Shown here: positions 57,540 to 64,000 of the stretch, piece by piece
Layout: every line of letters begins with the position of its first letter
Numbering within the stretch: the stretch's first letter is position 1
Notes under the pieces: model-generated
Databases searched by the model: none
What the model saw: only the letters and a program-made list of their open reading frames with translations
What the model was told of the DNA's origin: nothing
Made by a program: the position numbers and the translations under genes
IMG/VR virus record: IMGVR_UViG_3300037110_000087
Span: 186,001 to 250,000 of that record
Direction: 5' to 3' (one strand)
DNA: 64,000 nucleotides

Positions 57540-58091
57540 CTAACCCTGTTCTACTTTAACCATGACTTTCGCTCTGGCTTTATCAATAATCTGTTGGAAC
57601 TTATCATAGAGATGTGCCCTTGGACTCATTGGTAATCTGACCAATATCAATCCAGCTTCTTCCACTGTTTTGTTACCCTTCTTTTGATTGTGGATCCGGC
57701 AGCATGCCACCAGATTCTTCCAAGTGGAGCTTCCTCCACGACTACTTGGGATCAGATGGTCCAGGGTATTCCCGGTTCGGGTACATTGTAATCCAGTGGT
57801 TTCATCAATATACTGACATTTATAATCATCTCTTCTCAAGATACTGCGTGATCCATCACCAAGAAGTTTAACTTCAGGGACCGCAGCGACCTGATGGTAG
57901 ACAATAATCTCAAATGGTTTGAGAATGTCTTCTAGTTTGTTTGAGGTAGAAAAGTCATAGGGATTTAAGATAACCGCTCTACCATTGATTATTGCCTTAA
58001 CACAATGATACCGGCCCAATTCACAGATAGGAAGGTAGTTTCGATCTAGAGCTATGATTGGGGATCGTTTATGAAATTTTCCCTTGTGCAT
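57540..58091 (-). CDS. HNH endonuclease
   Basis: RRDDYKCQY, TLDHLIPSSRGG, WKNLVACC..HNQKKG. Confidence 0.88.
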   Translation of the reverse strand: MHKGKFHKRSPIIALDRNYLPICELGRYHCVKAIINGRAVILNPYDFSTSNKLEDILKPFEIIVYHQVAAVPEVKLLGDGSRSILRRDDYKCQYIDETTGLQCTRTGNTLDHLIPSSRGGSSTWKNLVACCRIHNQKKGNKTVEEAGLILVRLPMSPRAHLYDKFQQIIDKARAKVMVKVEQG

Positions 58092-58144
58092 TTTAGCTTC
58101 TTAAAATATGCTACACTAGAATAACCATTATTGATTGTATACGC

Positions 58145-58174
58145 AAAGGCCCCAGCAGGGAAGCCAGGGCCTTT
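58145..58174 (-). terminator. hairpin terminator
   Basis: AAAGGCCC...GGGCCTTT. Confidence 0.45.
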
Positions 58175-58191
58175 ACGATGGGCGAACCGGA

Positions 58192-58806
58192 CTAAAAGTC
58201 TGAACAGTTGGCCTGAACACCCTCATAGAACTTCTGGAAGTCCTTGAAGGTCACTTCGATCGTACCAGACTCAATGCGACCATAACGACGATGGTCGATC
58301 CCCATGTAGGGGGCCACATCAGAGGCGCGAAGGCTTCTCTGAAGACGGATCACCGTCATCAGTTCATGGAGAGGACGATTGGCGTTTTCGAGGGCCTCCA
58401 CCATCTTATTGGCACGTTCGGGGGTAGTGGAGGAGATCCCATTGACGACACGACTGATGACATCGCGCTTGTTGCCCAGGAGCAAACTGGCGACACGGAC
58501 GTCAGCATTGGGATTCTGCTTGACAGCAGTACGGACGAGATCGACTGGATTTCTGTTGGTTCTGGCCATTTCAGGCTCCTTAGATGCGGCTTCTTCAGCA
58601 CATTGATTGTAAAGATGTTCGAGCATCGTTTCGAATTCCTCTTCCTTATGCTCCATGATCGAAGCGTCAGCGGAATTTAGAAGATCGAGACATTCTTGTG
58701 TAGTCAGGCCAAAAACGGCAGTCTGACCAATATTGAGGGAACGAGCAATTCGTTCGGCTTCAGCCAGATCGACTGGAACCACGAGGCAAATAACACATGA
58801 ATCCAT
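58192..58806 (-). CDS. XRE-family HTH regulator
   Basis: IRLQRSLRASDVAPYMGIDHRRYGRIESG. Confidence 0.7.
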   Translation of the reverse strand: MDSCVICLVVPVDLAEAERIARSLNIGQTAVFGLTTQECLDLLNSADASIMEHKEEEFETMLEHLYNQCAEEAASKEPEMARTNRNPVDLVRTAVKQNPNADVRVASLLLGNKRDVISRVVNGISSTTPERANKMVEALENANRPLHELMTVIRLQRSLRASDVAPYMGIDHRRYGRIESGTIEVTFKDFQKFYEGVQANCSDF

Positions 58807-58824
58807 ACAACCTCCTAGAAATTT

Positions 58825-59544
58825 CTAACCAGGGATAATTTCAAGGAACTTATCAAACAACATTGGGATCTTCGACTGGAGCTGTTTAAAGTATTCGTTA
58901 CTAACGACTCTCATATCAGGATGAGCAGTCTTAGGTAATCTAAGTCCAAAGAAATTTCTCAGACTGCGAATATTCATCGTTACCACGAATTCCGTCTTCA
59001 GCCCATTGGGAAGAATATCTCTGGCTTCTTGAGGAGTAAGGCCGTATTCACCTTCTTTATCCACCCAATCGCAGTAGGTCTGTAGACAACCCCACTGCTG
59101 CATATACCATTCGCGCTTGAATTTGTCAGATTTATCATTGATCCAAGCCGGGTAAACAATGGACCCAGCCTTCTTCAGATAGTTCACATAACGAGTGCTT
59201 TCCTGAGTATAAGCTGCGATCCGATGGCGAACCCATTCGTGACTGACCCCACGATTTGTGGTAACTAGTGCAGTAATACTGACATGTTCAAGAGTGGATT
59301 CATGTCCATTTGACAAGATAATATTAAGGATCTTCTCATAAGAAGTATCATTAATATTATCTTCGCTCTTATAGGCAACCCGGATGATACGTTCCAGTTT
59401 CTTTAGGATTTTGATCCCGTCGATTCGTTCACCCAAGAATTTGGTATCTACCTTGGGCAACACAATATCCGCATCACCATCAAAAACTCCGGAACGCTTG
59501 TCTCTCCGTAAACTTTCCTTCAAGTCATTCAAGTCAACTAGCAT
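58825..59544 (-). CDS. thyX: Flavin-dependent thymidylate synthase
   Basis: GHESTLEH, RGVSHEWVRHR, QESTRY, ARDILP, AHPDMR. Confidence 0.95.
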   Translation of the reverse strand: MLVDLNDLKESLRRDKRSGVFDGDADIVLPKVDTKFLGERIDGIKILKKLERIIRVAYKSEDNINDTSYEKILNIILSNGHESTLEHVSITALVTTNRGVSHEWVRHRIAAYTQESTRYVNYLKKAGSIVYPAWINDKSDKFKREWYMQQWGCLQTYCDWVDKEGEYGLTPQEARDILPNGLKTEFVVTMNIRSLRNFFGLRLPKTAHPDMRVVSNEYFKQLQSKIPMLFDKFLEIIPG

Positions 59545-59562
59545 TTGTCTCCTAACTAGAAA

Positions 59563-59886
59563 TTAATAGAGTCCTTGAGTAATGGTATCGGGAGTCTTGG
59601 TGATTTGTGCCTTACCAGTGACAATACCATCTGTGGTATCAGCCAGCGCATATACTTCAACAGGTGCTTCTTCAAAGAAAAGAATCATCCCCGCCTTAAA
59701 CTGCCCATCGGAATTTTCATAGTTACCAACTACCTTGAGGGTCCTGAGAGTAAGACCCTCCTTGTTCTTGATTGAGAAGGTCACATCATTAACTCGTTCT
59801 GGATAACAAGCTGTCTCGTCACCATATTCAACCACCATGGAAAGATATCTATCAACCAACCTTGCAGAGCAACCAAGTTTAAGCAT
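59563..59886 (-). CDS. hypothetical protein
   Basis: SD GAGG before MLKLGC. Confidence 0.55.
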   Translation of the reverse strand: MLKLGCSARLVDRYLSMVVEYGDETACYPERVNDVTFSIKNKEGLTLRTLKVVGNYENSDGQFKAGMILFFEEAPVEVYALADTTDGIVTGKAQITKTPDTITQGLY

Positions 59887-59972
59887 AATTACCTCTATTC
59901 TATTGTACCAGCTCCTATAAGACGAGGGACCACCCTGGACAGTGATCCCTCTTCCCAATCAGTTCAAGTCAG

Positions 59973-62018
59973 TTATTCACTCTCGTTGATCGCGGCGAAC
60001 AAGGCTCCCTTAGCGATGGTATTAAGGGGATCATCAGCCATGACAATCTTGTTGCCGGTCAAGAAGGAAATCTCCCTGGTAGCAGCGATCTTCTGAAATA
60101 GTTCCTTGAATCCCTTGGGAATCGCAGTACCACCAGCGATAGCGATCACAGGGGTATCAATCTCAGGCTTCTCTTCCATCCCATTCCAGGCAGCCGCGAT
60201 CTGATCAAGCACGTAACCAATGAGATGCGTGTAATAGTGGACAACCGCTTCCTGAACGTTGTCCTTGGGGTTCAGGAGATCCGTAGTTTCCTTAGCGCTC
60301 ATAGCTTTGAGGACGCTCACATTTACGGCTCTGGCAACATTTTCATCAATGTAGTCACCGGAGGCCGCGATACTGAAGGATAGCTTTGGCATTTCTTTGC
60401 CGAAGACCGCACCACTGACATTCATCATACCCGCACCGCAGTTATGGACGCAGACACCAGGAAGAGAAAACGAAGGGTCATTCTCAACTGATAAATCATA
60501 TACCCATCCGGTGTATTCTTCTTGCTTTACAGACTTGATCTTATTAAGTCTGTAACCACCAATTCTCTTATGTAGCTCTGAACCAATCGGACTGTCCAGA
60601 AGTGACTGAAGCATCCGTTTATTCGATCCGGTTACAACTACCTCATATACGGTCTTTTTTCCAGAGATCTGTCTTCCCCTGATTAATCCATCATTCCTCG
60701 GTTTTCTAGATTTAAATCTAGAACTAATTCCCAGGATTCCCAAGGCTTGATGTAAGAAGACCGACAGATCAGAACTAGTGTTGGAAAACGAAATGGTTTC
60801 TTGCCCAAAACATCCATCGCTGTTCAACAGACCATTAACAATCCCAGTAAGAACAGGCAGACTGAGACTTTCGACCTTAAATGGAACCACTTTATTGCCA
60901 CTATGATAGCAGTGGTTCAAAAGCCAGCGTGAAAGACCCGCGTAACCCATAGTCAGTCGGATATTATTCCTGTTTCCTCTACTGATCTGAGAAATTTCTC
61001 TATCGAAAACAGAACAAGACATCTTGTAATCTTCCACAAGATCTTGTTCATTTGGACCAAGATCAAGAATTACTGAAGTTTCCCTGGTATCGATATGCCC
61101 ATCACCAAGGAAATATCCAAGAAATTTGCCCAGATTGTAAGACATTTCGAATGTCTTATTGAACTGCTTCCCATTACCAATTCTATCTTTAAAACTGATG
61201 AAATTCCTTTTCTGATTGTGATTGATTACTGGTTCGCCCACGACATCATCTTTTTTCAGGGAATCCACTCTTTTCCATTTCCAGGACCCACCTTCCAGGA
61301 CATCTACAAGATGATCTCCAGTCAGACAAAGTTCTCTACCAGCAATCTTTAGTTTGTAGATTAACTCAGACCGTCCGGTTCTTGTGGTCTTATACACCTG
61401 ATTCCAAGAACCATTTTTGCTAAGAACCAAGTCCCCTTCCTCAATGTCCTCAATGTCCTTAACGCCCCCATTGCAGAAGACTTCCTGACCAGGAAGAAGG
61501 CAGCTGATGCCAATGCCGGTTAGGTTCTCATCCAGTAGTTCACTATAGATGACGCAAAGACCCTCACGGAGCGCTACCGGTCTGTAACCAAGCTCAGTAA
61601 GCATTTTCTTGAAGACCGCTTCATGATAGACCGCATTGAATTCCGCATCCACCGGGTTAGCAGGGACACTGAAATAAAGCAGTTCATTCGGTTCCGCAGG
61701 ATCACCCAGGACCTGTTTGATGATAGCTAGCATGATAGGGGTAGCATTCGGGTCATGAGGATTCAATACGCCCTTAGCCATGGGCCGCTTTGGAGACTGA
61801 TTAAACGCCTTGGCCAACTGCATGGCCTCTTCACCCAGGGCGTAAATCTTTCCGTTCATCTGAACGTAAGGAACACCAGCCTTCTTGAGCATACTTAGCA
61901 CGAGTGGATTTCTATCCAATTCCACATACATATTACGAACACGGTTGAAGATGTATTCGTCGTCTTTCATGATTGCCCCGACGACACCGCCGGTACCAAT
62001 GTCAAGACCCTTTGCCAT
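59973..62018 (-). CDS. Actin-family ATPase (volactin/MamK-like) interrupted by an intein
   Basis: GLDIGTG, KRPMAKG, SVPA, REG, GIGIS|CGAG, GDYID, AGGT, AKGAL; spliced product 327 aa. Confidence 0.8.
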   Translation of the reverse strand: MAKGLDIGTGGVVGAIMKDDEYIFNRVRNMYVELDRNPLVLSMLKKAGVPYVQMNGKIYALGEEAMQLAKAFNQSPKRPMAKGVLNPHDPNATPIMLAIIKQVLGDPAEPNELLYFSVPANPVDAEFNAVYHEAVFKKMLTELGYRPVALREGLCVIYSELLDENLTGIGISCLLPGQEVFCNGGVKDIEDIEEGDLVLSKNGSWNQVYKTTRTGRSELIYKLKIAGRELCLTGDHLVDVLEGGSWKWKRVDSLKKDDVVGEPVINHNQKRNFISFKDRIGNGKQFNKTFEMSYNLGKFLGYFLGDGHIDTRETSVILDLGPNEQDLVEDYKMSCSVFDREISQISRGNRNNIRLTMGYAGLSRWLLNHCYHSGNKVVPFKVESLSLPVLTGIVNGLLNSDGCFGQETISFSNTSSDLSVFLHQALGILGISSRFKSRKPRNDGLIRGRQISGKKTVYEVVVTGSNKRMLQSLLDSPIGSELHKRIGGYRLNKIKSVKQEEYTGWVYDLSVENDPSFSLPGVCVHNCGAGMMNVSGAVFGKEMPKLSFSIAASGDYIDENVARAVNVSVLKAMSAKETTDLLNPKDNVQEAVVHYYTHLIGYVLDQIAAAWNGMEEKPEIDTPVIAIAGGTAIPKGFKELFQKIAATREISFLTGNKIVMADDPLNTIAKGALFAAINESE
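60441..61502 (-). mobile_element. Intein (354 aa) with LAGLIDADG homing endonuclease
   Basis: CLLPGQEV start, LTGDH block B, GYFLGDG and GLLNSDG, VYDLSV block F, VHN/C end. Confidence 0.93.
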
Positions 62019-62037
62019 TTAATTCTCCTCGAAAAAA

Positions 62038-62346
62038 TTAGAACTCGATTTCATGTCCACCGCAAACGCCACAGATAGAATCATCCCGGCCCATTTCGAA
62101 CCCATCTCCAGCGAAAGATCTCAGGGGAAGCCTGACCTCAAGGGTTCGCCCAGAAGTAATTTCGCCCAGCACTCCATCACCGAAGGTATCAGCGATTTCC
62201 TGGCATTTATCAGGATATTTCTTAAGCAAAGACATCCATGACAGCATGCTCATGGTTACAAATTCGACTCTGTAACCACCTCTATCGTAGGCATCCGCCT
62301 TAGCGATGATTTCATTGGGGCCATATTTTACTTCAAACTGATCCAT
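62038..62346 (-). CDS. hypothetical protein
   Basis: ORF in operon with actin gene. Confidence 0.6.
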   Translation of the reverse strand: MDQFEVKYGPNEIIAKADAYDRGGYRVEFVTMSMLSWMSLLKKYPDKCQEIADTFGDGVLGEITSGRTLEVRLPLRSFAGDGFEMGRDDSICGVCGGHEIEF

Positions 62347-62803
62347 TTGGTTCTCCTTTGGATTTTTTAAACTTAGCTTTGAGATCTGCTGCGGACATTC
62401 CCTTCTGTTTCGAACTGTCTACTTTAATATCACTCTCACTAACAGGTTCGAAACTCGGAACAAATACATCACCCGATGGTCCAGAAGGTTTAACCTCTGG
62501 TGTGGCTCCCACTACTACCACCTGCTGTGGCGGAGTGGCCTTAAGTGCACGAATCTCCTCCATCATTTTGGTCTGCATGATCAGCAGTTGTTCCATCATA
62601 TTATTATCAGCTGGGATCTCAGGAGCATCTGGAATAAAATCAAACCTATAGATATTATTTAGTTCCTGCCAACCTTTGGGCAAAGAATTAACCGCAACGA
62701 CAACAGAGTCACCAGGATTAAGATAACTGCTAGCGAACCAGCAAGCTATCCCGCCTCCCTTTTGCACCTGATGGCTTATATTGGTTACTCTTACTTGTGT
62801 CAT
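62333..62803 (-). CDS. hypothetical protein
   Basis: ORF. Confidence 0.65.
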   Translation of the reverse strand: MTQVRVTNISHQVQKGGGIACWFASSYLNPGDSVVVAVNSLPKGWQELNNIYRFDFIPDAPEIPADNNMMEQLLIMQTKMMEEIRALKATPPQQVVVVGATPEVKPSGPSGDVFVPSFEPVSESDIKVDSSKQKGMSAADLKAKFKKSKGEPNGSV

Positions 62804-62810
62804 TAAACTC

Positions 62811-63080
62811 TCAAAGTTTCCAGTTATCCCACACCGGGATAACCTCTTCTGCGATAAACGCAGTTTTTATTTTAAACTGGTCTTCAAGAATTTTTTGAAT
62901 CTGAGTAAAAACAAGGGTATCCTGGGCCTCTGATTTCGAGAAGTCAATTATTATCAGGTCTTCACAAATGACACAGAGGTCTTTTTTGAAATCAATTCGT
63001 ATCGGCCATGTTGCTAGACCCAGATTCAAGATCTCGTCCCGGTTGGAGTTCCTCTTGATTTTCTTGAACGCATTGATCAT
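62811..63080 (-). CDS. hypothetical protein
   Basis: ORF, SD GGAG. Confidence 0.5.
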   Translation of the reverse strand: MINAFKKIKRNSNRDEILNLGLATWPIRIDFKKDLCVICEDLIIIDFSKSEAQDTLVFTQIQKILEDQFKIKTAFIAEEVIPVWDNWKL

Positions 63081-63285
63081 CGGGGGTCTCCAATGTAACT
63101 ACTACCTGAGTTAATTCATTAATTATTGATGAAATTGCTTGAACCTGTTCTTGATCAGTTCTTGAATCTCGCTCAATCCAAATTTTAGAAAATTGTCTAA
63201 AGTTTTCAACCCCTCGTTCATCCAGTAGACAGGAGGCTCTAGCTGATTTTAATTCATTTTGAAAGGTAAAAACCAAACAATTCAT
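62992..63285 (-). CDS. hypothetical protein
   Basis: ORF; 89-nt overlap with downstream ORF. Confidence 0.4.
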   Translation of the reverse strand: MNCLVFTFQNELKSARASCLLDERGVENFRQFSKIWIERDSRTDQEQVQAISSIINELTQVVVTLETPDDQCVQENQEELQPGRDLESGSSNMADTN

Positions 63286-63300
63286 TAATCGAGTTCCCTA

Positions 63301-63552
63301 TTAATATTTATATGAGGCATAAGGGCCTGAAGTACAGAAATAGATACAAGTCTTCCCATCAGTCAGGAAGACCCGCGTCACATCCTCTTCTATCTCAATC
63401 TTAAAGACTTCCCAGGTCGAATCATCAAGAGGGACCAAAGTAAACATTGAGCGTCTATCACGGACAAGCCAAGCATCACCCCTCTCAGTCCTGAGAGCGC
63501 TGCCACCCATGTGCCAGCCATTTAGTGTGATCTTGGTTCCAACTTGAATCAC
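63301..63552 (-). CDS. hypothetical protein
   Basis: GTGA overlap. Confidence 0.55.
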   Translation of the reverse strand: MIQVGTKITLNGWHMGGSALRTERGDAWLVRDRRSMFTLVPLDDSTWEVFKIEIEEDVTRVFLTDGKTCIYFCTSGPYASYKY

Positions 63553-63761
63553 CCTCGCTCCAAGTAGAAATCCTCCTTGGTACGTGGGGTACCATCTGGA
63601 TAGGTGTCACCCAGGCTCTTACATCCAGCCGTTTCATTGGTAACCCAGTAACCACCAGAAGGGCGCTTCACCGCCAAAAATTCCTGAATGGTGTGTGCCG
63701 AGTTGAGTGTAAGCCCTGGGCAAAGCACCTGGAATAATATGGCTTTCGGGGTTTCCATCAT
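63549..63761 (-). CDS. hypothetical protein
   Basis: SD AAGGAG. Confidence 0.55.
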   Translation of the reverse strand: MMETPKAILFQVLCPGLTLNSAHTIQEFLAVKRPSGGYWVTNETAGCKSLGDTYPDGTPRTKEDFYLERG

Positions 63762-63775
63762 ATCTCCTTGCCAGA

Positions 63776-64000
63776 TTAGCTTACCATCCGAAGATTCTGG
63801 TTGTCAATTACCCAGTCAGTCCAGGCTTTATCCCAACCCTTGGAATCCATCCTTAGACGGTATTCTTTCAATTCAGCCACTTGATTGATGTGGATCTGGA
63901 CATTTTCTTTGTGCAGCTTCCATAATTCGAACTTCAGCCGCTCTCTCTGCGTGTCTTCACTTACTTTTCTGGAATCTATTTCGAGCCGTTCGAGGACTGC
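63776..64000 (-). CDS. 3' end of hypothetical protein entering from window edge
   Basis: open frame AVLERLEIDS...DNQNLRMVS*. Confidence 0.55.
   Translation of the reverse strand, partial: AVLERLEIDSRKVSEDTQRERLKFELWKLHKENVQIHINQVAELKEYRLRMDSKGWDKAWTDWVIDNQNLRMVS
63778..63807 (-). promoter_or_regulatory. possible sigma70 promoter
   Basis: TTGACA-N18-TAAGCT. Confidence 0.4.

Noticed and set aside
1-64000. Stop-codon reassignment, common in some large phages
   Set aside because: Genes are intact in code 11, and TAG, TGA and TAA all end conserved proteins at expected positions
1-64000. tRNA, rRNA or CRISPR arrays
   Set aside because: No cloverleaf or repeat-spacer structure seen in the short intergenic gaps by eye; tRNAscan not run

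Overview
This 64-kb window is part of a large (jumbo-type) bacteriophage genome in genetic code 11. It is densely packed and mostly minus-strand, and I found no structural genes, rRNA, tRNA or CRISPR array. It encodes nucleotide metabolism (dUTPase, ThyX, class II RNR), replication and repair (NAD-ligase, HolA-like, SbcD-like), an RNA/tRNA repair set (RNA ligase, CCA enzyme, Thg1, P-loop kinase, 2H phosphoesterase), free-standing HNH/LAGLIDADG nucleases and an intein-containing actin-family protein. Two systems stand out. (1) A complete 2-aminoadenine (Z-DNA) pathway: PurZ with the diagnostic GS-x-GKG and NFxNY motifs, a DatZ-like HD hydrolase and a MazZ/DUF550 pyrophosphohydrolase, with a glycosyltransferase and an Nmad1-type gene beside them. 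(2) At least nine otherwise unrelated effector-like proteins (SET, zincin, ART, ParB-like, GTxWCT paralogues) share a 7-residue N-terminal leader ending in Ala7. The motif recurs at domain junctions of multidomain proteins, so it is a candidate capsid-targeting/protease-processing signal. All family assignments come from motif recognition, not database searches. Several starts were moved from the ORF track to SD-supported ATGs.
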